Shown in pieces: positions 7,286 to 15,947 of a DNA stretch of 53,726 nucleotides. The stretch lies in the IMG/VR virus record IMGVR_UViG_3300025645_000097, positions 1-53,726 of that record, one strand, 5' to 3'. The notes under the pieces were generated by a model, which was given only the letters and a program-made list of their open reading frames with translations, made no database searches and had not been told where the DNA came from. Position 1 is the stretch's first letter, and each line of letters starts with the position of its first letter. The DNA comes from a virus. Its lineage: Duplodnaviria > Caudoviricetes. The translations under genes and the position numbers were made by a program.

Positions 7286-8557
7286 ATGAGCGAAAACCAG
7301 GTCAAGCCGGTGTTGTCGGAATTTGAGCAACACTGCATCGAGGCGTATGAGGCATACGTCTCTTTTGGAAACGACCAGGCAAAAGCCGCCTCCGCTTTAG
7401 GAGTGCCCCGCCATACCTTCACGAACCGCCTGCTCAAATACTTCCTGCGGGACCTCGGCCAGACCACCCCGGGCGGCGTACTCCCCGGGCATGAGATCGC
7501 CAGCCGAACCCAGCAGTTCGACAAAGACGGCAACCTGATTACCCAGAGCATTAAGACGGCGCGGGCCAAGTCCGACGAGGTTTTCGAGGCCCTGGCGGGC
7601 CACCGGGTCAAAGGCGAATCTGCCTTGATCGACGCCGACGGCAACGTCCTCCAAAAATGGGTCAAGACGGTAGAGGGCGAACGCTCCGACGAGATCATCA
7701 CCCAGGCCGCCAAGCGCGCCGCCGAGACCTACGCCGGACCCGCCGCCCCGATCTCGATGGACCCCTACGCCCAGCAGAACCTCGACCCCAAGCTGCTCAA
7801 CCTCCACCTCCTCCCGGACCTCCACATCGGCCTCCACTCCTCCGCGTTGAACGCCCAGATGGATTGGAACCTGGAGCGCGCCATCACCACCTACAAGTCG
7901 CTGTTCCGGCTCCTGGTCGAGCGGTCCCCCGCCGCCAAGACCGGCGTGATCCTCGGGGGCGGCGATCTCTTGCACGCGGACGACCCGATGCAGGCCACGC
8001 GCGGCTCGGGCAACCGGCTCGATGTCGGGGAGCCATACGACCTTGTGTTGGCCGAGGCCGAGAACCTGCTGGTCTACCACGTCGAACTGGCCCTCCAGAA
8101 GTACGAGAACGTCGTCGTCCGAATCCTCAAGGGCAACCATGACCCGGACAGCGCGGTTGCGATCGCACACTACCTGGCCGCCTGGTTCCGCAACGAGGAG
8201 CGCGTCTCGATCGACCTGGACCCCTCGCTGTTCTGGTACTACGAGCACGGCGTCACGATGCTCGGCGCGACCCACGGGCACGAGACCAAGATCAAGCAGA
8301 TGCCCGGCGTTATGGCCGCAGACCGTGCGCAGATGTGGGGCCGCACCAAGGTCCGCTACGCCCACGGGTTCCACATCCACCACAACAGCGCAGGCGGCGG
8401 CGAGGAGGGCGGAGCATCCTGGGAGACCCACGAGGCCCCCACACCGCGCGATGAGTGGCACCAGGGCAACCCCTTCCGCTCCCGCCGCTCTCTACCCCTC
8501 ATCACCTACCACCACGACCACGGCGAGGTGGGCCGGACCCGAGAGAACCTGATCTGA
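7286..8557 (+). CDS. Calcineurin-like metallophosphoesterase with N-terminal HTH
   Basis: DLH, GD, GNHD, HGH, FHIH motifs; N-terminal QAKAASALGVPRHTF. Confidence 0.85.
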   Translation: MSENQVKPVLSEFEQHCIEAYEAYVSFGNDQAKAASALGVPRHTFTNRLLKYFLRDLGQTTPGGVLPGHEIASRTQQFDKDGNLITQSIKTARAKSDEVFEALAGHRVKGESALIDADGNVLQKWVKTVEGERSDEIITQAAKRAAETYAGPAAPISMDPYAQQNLDPKLLNLHLLPDLHIGLHSSALNAQMDWNLERAITTYKSLFRLLVERSPAAKTGVILGGGDLLHADDPMQATRGSGNRLDVGEPYDLVLAEAENLLVYHVELALQKYENVVVRILKGNHDPDSAVAIAHYLAAWFRNEERVSIDLDPSLFWYYEHGVTMLGATHGHETKIKQMPGVMAADRAQMWGRTKVRYAHGFHIHHNSAGGGEEGGASWETHEAPTPRDEWHQGNPFRSRRSLPLITYHHDHGEVGRTRENLI

Positions 8558-8655
8558 CGATCGGCCCGTATCTCTTTTTGCCTGAAATTCCTTTTTTAGT
8601 TGAAATTATATCTTTCATGTGAAACTTTACGACTCATGCACTTGAGGAGCGGGAC

Positions 8656-9429
8656 ATGAAAACACAGGCAGAACTCTATTGCGGGGACGCAATAAGCGTG
8701 CTTTCTCGGATAGAAAGCGGCAGCATCGACGCGGCGGTTTTCGACCCGCCCTACCCAACAATCTCAGGCGGGTCGAACCAGGACAAGGGCGGCAAACACC
8801 AGCGCCCGAGCGGCATCCTGACCAAGAACGACGGCAAGATTTTCGGCTACAACGACATCTCGCCGGACGAGTACCTGCCGGAGGTCTACCGCGTGCTGCG
8901 GGGCAACGCCCACATGTACTTGATGACCAACGTGTTGAACTTGGCGCAGAAGGACCTTCTCGGGTCGATCGCGCGGGCCGGATTCCAGGTCCACAACATC
9001 CTGGTCTGGCGCAAGAACAATGCCACGCCGAACCGCTGGTATATGAAGGACCTGGAGTACACGATCTTCGCGCGGAAAGGCAAAGCCTTCCCGATCAACC
9101 ACGCCGGGACCCGTAGTTCCGGCGATGTGTTCCCCCACCCCCTCGATTGGGACAACGTGAGCAGCCCGAAGGCGCACCCGACCGAGAAGCCGGTGAACCT
9201 TATGGCAACCTACATCCAGAACTCCACACTGCCCGGCGATACCGTCCTCGACCCGTTCATGGGCGCAGGTTCAACCGGCGTTGCCGCCCTCCAGGAGGGC
9301 CGCCAATTCGTCGGGATCGAGATGGACCCGATGTACGCCGACATCGCGGCGGAGCGGATGGACTCCGCCCTGATCTACCCAACACCCCCGGAACTGTCCG
9401 ACGCGGACATCCTAGACCTTCTTTCCTAA
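8656..9429 (+). CDS. Orphan N6-A/N4-C DNA methyltransferase (beta class)
   Basis: DPPY ... HPTEKP ... DPFMGAGST. Confidence 0.93.
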   Translation: MKTQAELYCGDAISVLSRIESGSIDAAVFDPPYPTISGGSNQDKGGKHQRPSGILTKNDGKIFGYNDISPDEYLPEVYRVLRGNAHMYLMTNVLNLAQKDLLGSIARAGFQVHNILVWRKNNATPNRWYMKDLEYTIFARKGKAFPINHAGTRSSGDVFPHPLDWDNVSSPKAHPTEKPVNLMATYIQNSTLPGDTVLDPFMGAGSTGVAALQEGRQFVGIEMDPMYADIAAERMDSALIYPTPPELSDADILDLLS

Positions 9430-9447
9430 GCCAACTGGAGCGACACA

Positions 9448-10032
9448 GTGAACACCCAAGCAGCGATCACCGCCGAGAACCTTTTGCCGGACATGGCCTG
9501 GACAGGCAGCCGCATGATAAGCATGACGCACCCGACCTCCAACGACATCATCCTAGAGGAGGTAGCAACCGGACTGTCCCGAGAGACGCGCTACGGCGGC
9601 GCTGCGACAGCGGTGCCCTGGTCCGTGGCCCAGCACTGCCTGACGGCGCTCCACTTTGCCGAGGAGGACGGAATCCAGCAGGTCGCGCACCTCGGGGCGA
9701 TCCTCATGCACGACGCGCCGGAGTACATGCTGCGGGACATCATCGCGCCGCTCAAACGGTATCTGCCGGACTACCGGGAGATCGAGGCGCGCTGGTGGCG
9801 GGAAACCGCCGCCCGGTTCGGCCTGCCCTTCGACATGCCGGAGATCGTCCACTACTACGACCGGGTGACTGCTTCCTCGGAGAAAGCCCTGTTGATTTCA
9901 CCCCTGTCCGGGGACTGGCCGGACATGCCGGACGCCCGGGCTGTCCCGGCGGCGATCCTGTCCTACACGCCGCAGCAGGCGGCGGGGCGTTTCGTCGCAG
10001 CAGCCAGGCGGCTTTTGCGCACGGGCGTCTGA
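9448..10032 (+). CDS. HD-domain phosphohydrolase (YfbR/YfdR-like 5'-deoxynucleotidase)
   Basis: LSRETRYGG, WSVAQH, HDAPE..D...PLK. Confidence 0.85.
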   Translation: MNTQAAITAENLLPDMAWTGSRMISMTHPTSNDIILEEVATGLSRETRYGGAATAVPWSVAQHCLTALHFAEEDGIQQVAHLGAILMHDAPEYMLRDIIAPLKRYLPDYREIEARWWRETAARFGLPFDMPEIVHYYDRVTASSEKALLISPLSGDWPDMPDARAVPAAILSYTPQQAAGRFVAAARRLLRTGV

Positions 10033-10153
10033 GACGTAGCGCAGCGTCCCGGTCTTTGCATACTTACTTCGCGTAAAGATTAGGCTGTTTAACATTGTGA
10101 AATATAGAACGGACCGCTATGGGCCCCCCGTATAGTGAGCAGGAGACAGCACT

Positions 10154-10816
10154 ATGAACTTGAGAAAAGCTACCCTCCGCCTACCCTTCGTGCGCGAAAA
10201 CGCGGATCAAACCCTTAACCTTTGGGCGGTCAAACCTACGGGAGATGACAGACTCGACAAGACGACCGGGCAGAACTACGCCGCCCTGTTCATCCACTAC
10301 ATGCGGTACTACGACGCGCCGCACATGCTGCACCACTTGGGCCAGCGGTGGGTCGAACTCGGGCCGCAGCGCGACCCCATTCAGATCGCCTTCACCGGAG
10401 AACTCAACCAAGCGATCATATGCGCCCCGACCGACTACGGCTATAGCTTCTCACCTCTGAAATGCCGTAAGGACGCGGACCCGAGAGAGGCGATGCTGTC
10501 CCTGCCGTTCGTGCGGGAGAACGCGGAGAGCCGCCTTGAGGTGTTCCTGCCGCAGAAGGCCGACACGGGGGAGGACTGCCAGATCGGTCGGAACTACGCG
10601 GCTAAGGCCGCCCGCCTGGCCCGGGAGCGGCAAGACGCGGGCGTCTTTGCCAGCTTTATGCAGTGCGACGGCGTGGCCGAGATAGCGGCGCAGAGGCCGC
10701 AGGTGATCGTCGGGTATCATCAGGTGATGGCCGAGGCCGTGATCGCCAGTGCGGCGGACGGCACCGAGCCTCAAAAGCGGATGATGAGGGTCTACCTGGA
10801 CACGGTGGCCCTCTAA
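10154..10816 (+). CDS. Hypothetical protein with an internal tandem domain duplication
   Basis: LPFVRENA...G.NYAA occurs twice; AGGAG RBS; own AT-rich upstream region. Confidence 0.75.
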   Translation: MNLRKATLRLPFVRENADQTLNLWAVKPTGDDRLDKTTGQNYAALFIHYMRYYDAPHMLHHLGQRWVELGPQRDPIQIAFTGELNQAIICAPTDYGYSFSPLKCRKDADPREAMLSLPFVRENAESRLEVFLPQKADTGEDCQIGRNYAAKAARLARERQDAGVFASFMQCDGVAEIAAQRPQVIVGYHQVMAEAVIASAADGTEPQKRMMRVYLDTVAL

Positions 10817-11493
10817 CCCCGGTGCTTGATCTGAATCAGGAGCCGGAAAGTTTCGCGTGTGACGGTCTCGTTTTCTGACGTGAACGGGCAAGAGGCGTAG
10901 ACCGTCAACACCACCACCCCCGCCGGACCGACCGGGATAAATGCCGGGACGATAATGCGGGACTCGATCGTCTCAAAGCTGGTCGTCAACTGGACGATCG
11001 GATTGTCTTTGGCGTATCTGACCGGGAACTCCCGACCGTCTGGCAGCACCAGGCGCGGCTTGAGGGCCTGGACGACGCAGCCCGCCCCGGGTTGTGTCCG
11101 ACGCCCCCGAAAGTACACCGTGCAGACCTCGCCCGCGTAGCAGCCGCCCACCGCGTCGGTGAGGCGCTGACTGTGATCGGGTGCCCATTCGACGACCTTC
11201 TGAGTCTCCCGGCGCAGCGCCTCCAGGGAATCCGCGATCTGTAGCAGCGCGGCGTGGGTCTCGGCCTGGGTGTGTTGCACATCCTCCAGGGTGCCTTCGA
11301 CGCGCGCGTGGTACTCCGGCAGCCCCGAGAGGGTGTCCGCGATCTCCGGGTCAGACAGGGCCATCACGGACGTTGTGAGCGCCACTGCGCCCCCTTTCGC
11401 CAGCCACCAGGTAGCGCCAGCCGTGACGGACACAAAGCCACCCAGGAGGGCCGCTGTGCCCTTGTGCTTGTCCAGGAAGGTGAGGATGTTCAC
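10813..11493 (-). CDS. Lysis-cassette membrane protein (N-terminal TM, coiled segment, Cys-containing beta domain); possible spanin-like
   Basis: Last gene of the lysis cassette; GTGA overlap. Confidence 0.55.
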   Translation of the reverse strand: MNILTFLDKHKGTAALLGGFVSVTAGATWWLAKGGAVALTTSVMALSDPEIADTLSGLPEYHARVEGTLEDVQHTQAETHAALLQIADSLEALRRETQKVVEWAPDHSQRLTDAVGGCYAGEVCTVYFRGRRTQPGAGCVVQALKPRLVLPDGREFPVRYAKDNPIVQLTTSFETIESRIIVPAFIPVGPAGVVVLTVYASCPFTSENETVTRETFRLLIQIKHRG

Positions 11494-11900
11494 TTGCGCC
11501 GCTCCAGTATCGTGCCAACCACGATGGTCGGGATCAGCCAGGTTGCCATGTCGAAGATGTGCGGCGGCAAGTCCTGGATGACGAAAGTCGTGCCGATGTT
11601 CTCGTTAATGATCGAGACGACGTGGACCCCAGCCCACCAGAAGCCGAACGGGATCACGATGAGGTACTGCCCGATCATCATGGGCGAGAACCAGTTGGAG
11701 GAGGAGGGTTTCTGGAGGTCCGCGATCGCTTTCAGTTGAACGATGTCCCGCTCGATCTGGGCCTTCTCGATCTCGGTTTCCGCGTCCCGCAGGTCAACCA
11801 GGCGGGCCATGATCCGGTCCGCAGTATCAGCAATGCCCCCGCCCGAGAAACCCCGGGAGAGGACAGTCCAGACCAGCCCAAAAACAGTGCCGAGTCCCAT
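11490..11900 (-). CDS. Membrane protein, holin-like
   Basis: 2-3 TM segments; downstream of the endolysin. Confidence 0.55.
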   Translation of the reverse strand: MGLGTVFGLVWTVLSRGFSGGGIADTADRIMARLVDLRDAETEIEKAQIERDIVQLKAIADLQKPSSSNWFSPMMIGQYLIVIPFGFWWAGVHVVSIINENIGTTFVIQDLPPHIFDMATWLIPTIVVGTILERRK

Positions 11901-12121
11901 TAGTTGATCTTTTCGTCGAGGGCCTTCTTGGCGGCGCTCCAGTAGTACCAGATGCCCGTCCCGAGGTAGAGCAGCAGACCGGCCACGAACTCGACCAGAA
12001 CCGGATCAGAGGCGAGGACGTTGACCATCGTGTCAGGCAGGAACCCGCCGGACACCATCTTGGTTGCCATGATGATGAGCGCGTATCGGGCGAAAGGGGT
12101 AAATCGTGCGATCTTGGACAT
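11900..12121 (-). CDS. Putative holin (2 TM, 73 aa)
   Basis: Two hydrophobic helices; immediately after the endolysin. Confidence 0.6.
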   Translation of the reverse strand: MSKIARFTPFARYALIIMATKMVSGGFLPDTMVNVLASDPVLVEFVAGLLLYLGTGIWYYWSAAKKALDEKIN

Positions 12122-12122
12122 T

Positions 12123-12998
12123 CTACTCTCCGGTCTCTCTGAGGATGCGTTTGCGGCCAGTTGCGACCAGGGCGATGCCGACGACGATCAAGCCGATAGC
12201 GACGAGGGCTGCGGGGCCGGACAGCTTTTCGGTCAATCCGCCGACTGCTGCGCCGATGCCCGTGGTGGCCGAGAGGACTGCGCCCCAGGTGATGCCGTCG
12301 CTCTTGGGCGGCAGCTTCACCGGGTTCTCCTCCTCGATGTGTTCGCGGTCGAACATGTCGGCCTGCTCGTAGGCTTCCAGGGCCACGTCGATCGCGTCCA
12401 TGAACTCGTCGTAGTAGCTGGCGATGAGTTGGGCCTTGTCGGTGCCGTTCACGATCCGGCGCGCCCCGATCGGGTCGTCATCTTCGTCGTTGAAATAGTC
12501 CTCCAAGGACTTGCCGGTGAAATCGCCGTCCTGGGAGGCCCCGTTCAACATGCCCTCGATCAGGACCGCCTTGGAGACCTTTGATTGAAGAACCATGTCG
12601 GGTTTCTCGGCCAGGGGCAGGCCGAGGATTTCGCCCATTTTCAGGTAATTCTCGTACCAGGTCAGTTGGACATCGCCGCGACCGTAGTAGACATGGCCGT
12701 GCGGCCCCTGGGGCCAGCAGTACCACTTGGGGCCTTTGTGGCCGTAGTGGCGCTGGACCCAGCCCCGGGCCGCTTTGTCGGTGGTTTTGAAGCCTTCGCG
12801 GACGGGCTGCATCTTCGAGCCGGTCTCGTGGTAGTCCGTGGCGAGCGCGTAGCCCAGGTGCCGGGGATCGGCGGAGCCGCGCTCCTGCCAGACATCCAGG
12901 AGGTCGTTCATGCCGTCTACCTGCGCCTGGGTCAGTTTTCCCCAGAAAAGGCTCTTACGAACCGCTGCGAAGAACACTTTTCTGTCTAGCTGAATCAT
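12123..12998 (-). CDS. GH19-family endolysin with C-terminal hydrophobic helices
   Basis: YALAT..HET, YYGRGDVQLTW..NY, ARRIVNGTD; start MIQLD after GAGG. Confidence 0.88.
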   Translation of the reverse strand: MIQLDRKVFFAAVRKSLFWGKLTQAQVDGMNDLLDVWQERGSADPRHLGYALATDYHETGSKMQPVREGFKTTDKAARGWVQRHYGHKGPKWYCWPQGPHGHVYYGRGDVQLTWYENYLKMGEILGLPLAEKPDMVLQSKVSKAVLIEGMLNGASQDGDFTGKSLEDYFNDEDDDPIGARRIVNGTDKAQLIASYYDEFMDAIDVALEAYEQADMFDREHIEEENPVKLPPKSDGITWGAVLSATTGIGAAVGGLTEKLSGPAALVAIGLIVVGIALVATGRKRILRETGE

Positions 12999-13109
12999 CG
13001 AGACTACCTCTAGTGGAATCACTTATTAGGTCAATAATAACCCAATAAGTGATTCACAGCCAGAGAAGGTCTATAGGCCGGGTAGCACGATGATTTCGCC
13101 CCGGGTCGG

Positions 13110-13634
13110 CTAGGCGTAGGGCGCGGTGAACGTCCGAATATCCCCCGCAGTGACCCAATTCCCCGTGGTCTCGGACCAAGCGGTCGTCCAGTTCGTCCCG
13201 TCATCGGAATACTGGACGGCGAACTGACGCGGGGACTGGTTCTGGTTCGGGCTGGTCCGGGCCTGGATCGTGATCTCTTGAACCTCGGCCTCGTTGCCCG
13301 CTCCGAAATCCTGGCCGACCCAGGCGTCCGCTCCGGGCACACCTCCCGGGAGTTCGTAGCGCCACCAGGTTGCGGGATCGCTATCGAACGCCAGCGATCC
13401 GTCGGCGGTCGTGTGGTGAGTCCCCTCGATGTAGTTCAGCGGGTCGGCCAGGTCCGCGCCGCCGATTGAGGGCCGCATTTCCAACTCCGCGATCGTGAGG
13501 AAGGCCAGGTTTTGCAGTTCGGTTGTCAGGACGCGCCAGTAGCGGTGCGCGCCCGGTGTCCCGGCTCCGGCACCACCTGCGGCCCAGCCCTCGATTGAGC
13601 CGACCATCGGCGCGTACCATGTTCCAGTTGCCAT
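13110..13634 (-). CDS. Tail accessory protein, discoidin/F5-8 type C-like domain
   Basis: HRYWRV, LAFDSDPATWW, SPRQFAVQYSDDGTNWT. Confidence 0.75.
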   Translation of the reverse strand: MATGTWYAPMVGSIEGWAAGGAGAGTPGAHRYWRVLTTELQNLAFLTIAELEMRPSIGGADLADPLNYIEGTHHTTADGSLAFDSDPATWWRYELPGGVPGADAWVGQDFGAGNEAEVQEITIQARTSPNQNQSPRQFAVQYSDDGTNWTTAWSETTGNWVTAGDIRTFTAPYA

Positions 13635-13635
13635 C

Positions 13636-14292
13636 TTATGCTGCGTCCACTGCGCCGATGAGGTGGTAAACGTCGGACCCCGTTGGGATCAACGTGACCG
13701 CCGTGTATTGGGTGCTGACGGTCAGGATGCCGCCCGCGCTGTTGATCGTCACGCCGACACCCGCCGCGAAGGTCAACTGGCCGGTGCCGGTGACGATGAT
13801 GGTCACGGGTTCGGTGCCGGTAAGCCCGGAGTTTACGGTGACGGTTTGCGCGGTGTTGAGGGCGCGCTCGACGACCACATTCCCGGCCAGGTCGGAATTT
13901 GAGACCACACGATCCGCCGCGCCATCCTCGATGACGCTGATACCAGCAGCAGCGGGAGCCGCAGAGACCCAATTCGTGCCGTCGAACCGCAGCTTCTCGT
14001 CGGTGGCGCGGTTAAAGACCTCCCAGCCTTCCGCCGGGGTGATCGGGACCCAGGCCGCGTTGTCGCGGACCATGATGTCGTTCGCGCTGCCCAAGCCCCA
14101 GGTGCCGGAGGAGAGGTAGATTTCCCCATCCACCGGGCTGCCAGGCTCGGTGGCCTGGATCGACAGGACGTAGGGCTGCACCAGCGCAGAGAGGGACCGG
14201 ATGTTGGTGTCCATCCCGTCTTTCCAGGTGTCGTCTCCGAGATTCCAAAAAGCGGTCAGATTGAGACCGGGTAGTGTGCGTTCGCCAGCCAT
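13636..14292 (-). CDS. DUF2793-domain tail fibre-associated protein
   Basis: PGSPVDGEIY...AWVPITPAEGW...LRFDGTNW. Confidence 0.8.
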   Translation of the reverse strand: MAGERTLPGLNLTAFWNLGDDTWKDGMDTNIRSLSALVQPYVLSIQATEPGSPVDGEIYLSSGTWGLGSANDIMVRDNAAWVPITPAEGWEVFNRATDEKLRFDGTNWVSAAPAAAGISVIEDGAADRVVSNSDLAGNVVVERALNTAQTVTVNSGLTGTEPVTIIVTGTGQLTFAAGVGVTINSAGGILTVSTQYTAVTLIPTGSDVYHLIGAVDAA

Positions 14293-15599
14293 TATGCTGA
14301 TCCTCCATAGTCGTTTCCGTAATTGACGCCATAGCCGATAGACGACGCTTCGACCTCGACACCTTGCATCGGGTAGAAGGCGAACACGCCGCCCACTTTG
14401 CCGTCTGCGTCTGAGGTAGCAAGCCTAACCGCGCCGGTCGGGCCAGCCGTCTCCTGGTCAAGCCGCGCGACCGCAGCCGAGCAACCGGCGTTGCTGGTGA
14501 GTGGGGTGTCGTTGTCCTCGTAGTACCAGCCGTAGCCGCTCACATCCACGATGGTCCAGGGATCGCCCGTACCGTCGTCGTAAGCCGCAGGGGCGAGAAC
14601 TATCGCCCCGTCAACCGTGGTGGTGATCGAGGTCACGTTCAACTGCGTTCCGCCATCCGTGTCTGCGTCGAAGAAAACGGGCGGTGCGGGGGCCTTGGAC
14701 TGCGCGCCCGGCAGGCGGTAGAGGTAAGCGTGCTTTTCCCAATACCAATTAGCTGCGCCCTGCACGTTAAAGGTGCCTTCCTCGTCACCGTTGGCCGCCT
14801 TGGCCCAGACGGAGTACATCACGGCATTGCCGAATTTCGATGCCACCTCGACGAAACCGGCATCACCCCCCGCGATTGTGGGGTCTACTGAGACGTTGCC
14901 GCTGGACTGGTCGTTCATCACCATCAGCACCAGAAGGTCGTCTTTTTGGATGCCCTCGGGGTACGCGACGGCCATCTCGACAGTCGAGTTGTTGAACGTA
15001 TGCGTCTTGCTCGCCAGCCGGAAAGGTTGCGCGACGTAGGGTTGCGTCGTGACGGTCCGGTGCCCTACCAAGAAGTCCCCGGTTGTCAGACCAGACTCAG
15101 AGAAAACAGTTGTCCAAGAGCCACCTGTGAAGGCTTGGATTTCATACGCCCCGACGGCGAAAGATGAGCTTACGAATTGGAACTCGACCTCGACAATGGC
15201 CTGCGGCTCAATGAACGTGAAATCTACCGTCACGGCCCCCGAAGGGGCGTTAACGGAGGACCAGCCGTCCCCGGCAGGCTCGCCGTTGAAGGCGTTGGAG
15301 ACATCGTACGCAGCGCCCTCCCGCTGGCTGTTCGTAGTGGCGGTGCCCGTCCGCGGATCGAGGGCGCGTTGGGCACCTTGCGCCGCGCTGCTGAGAATGA
15401 ACTGGTCCGCCCGGATGAAACCGGGGTCGAAACGATCTGTCATGCTAATACGCCATTGCGTAGAACTGACCAGGCCCGCGTTGGGGCCGGGATCGCCGCC
15501 GGGATCGCCGCCGGGATCGCCGCCGGGGACCCCCAGGCCGGGGAACCCCATTACAAACCTAGCGGCGCGGTATCCGCCTCGCCGGAGGGGCCTAATCAT
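14292..15599 (-). CDS. Tail fibre/adhesin: discoidin-like domain plus beta-sandwich
   Basis: NAFNG...WSS, PEGIQKDDLLV; C-terminal YGVNYGNDYGG. Confidence 0.7.
   Translation of the reverse strand: MIRPLRRGGYRAARFVMGFPGLGVPGGDPGGDPGGDPGPNAGLVSSTQWRISMTDRFDPGFIRADQFILSSAAQGAQRALDPRTGTATTNSQREGAAYDVSNAFNGEPAGDGWSSVNAPSGAVTVDFTFIEPQAIVEVEFQFVSSSFAVGAYEIQAFTGGSWTTVFSESGLTTGDFLVGHRTVTTQPYVAQPFRLASKTHTFNNSTVEMAVAYPEGIQKDDLLVLMVMNDQSSGNVSVDPTIAGGDAGFVEVASKFGNAVMYSVWAKAANGDEEGTFNVQGAANWYWEKHAYLYRLPGAQSKAPAPPVFFDADTDGGTQLNVTSITTTVDGAIVLAPAAYDDGTGDPWTIVDVSGYGWYYEDNDTPLTSNAGCSAAVARLDQETAGPTGAVRLATSDADGKVGGVFAFYPMQGVEVEASSIGYGVNYGNDYGGSA
15487..15528. repeat. 12-bp VNTR encoding (GGDP)3
   Basis: CCGGGATCGCCG x3 plus a partial copy. 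Confidence 0.85.
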
Positions 15600-15880
15600 G
15601 CTGGGGCCGTCCCCGGCAGTACGACCGCGACCTCGTTTGTCTCCTCGTGGCGGCAGCGGGCGTATATGCTGTCCCCCGTCTCAAGGCCCTCGAAAGCAAC
15701 CTCTTGGAGGCCGCCGTCCCAGAGTTCGACACCTTCAAAGCTGCCCACGCCCGGGTCAGCTTGCGCCACCTGGACAAGCACAGGCCCGTCGCTCAACAGT
15801 TGGACAAAGCCCGTGGCCTTTTCCGTCGCGATGACAGTCCAGACCGACTCGGTGACGGAGTAGTTTTTAGTGAAACTCAT
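15596..15880 (-). CDS. Small virion-associated protein (94 aa)
   Basis: First gene after operator pair 15887-15922; beta-rich. Confidence 0.65.
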   Translation of the reverse strand: MSFTKNYSVTESVWTVIATEKATGFVQLLSDGPVLVQVAQADPGVGSFEGVELWDGGLQEVAFEGLETGDSIYARCRHEETNEVAVVLPGTAPA

Positions 15881-15947
15881 GGTCGAATCCCCTTTTGGGT
15901 TAGAGTAAACTTTTCGGTTGAATTTTGCCAGATGATTTTGATTCGGC

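Noticed and set aside
8656-9429. Restriction-modification system
   Set aside because: No neighbouring endonuclease; orphan MTases are common in phages.
9448-10032. 2-aminoadenine (Z-DNA) pathway suggested by the HD hydrolase and DUF5664
   Set aside because: No PurZ/adenylosuccinate synthetase homologue in the window, though the left end may be missing.
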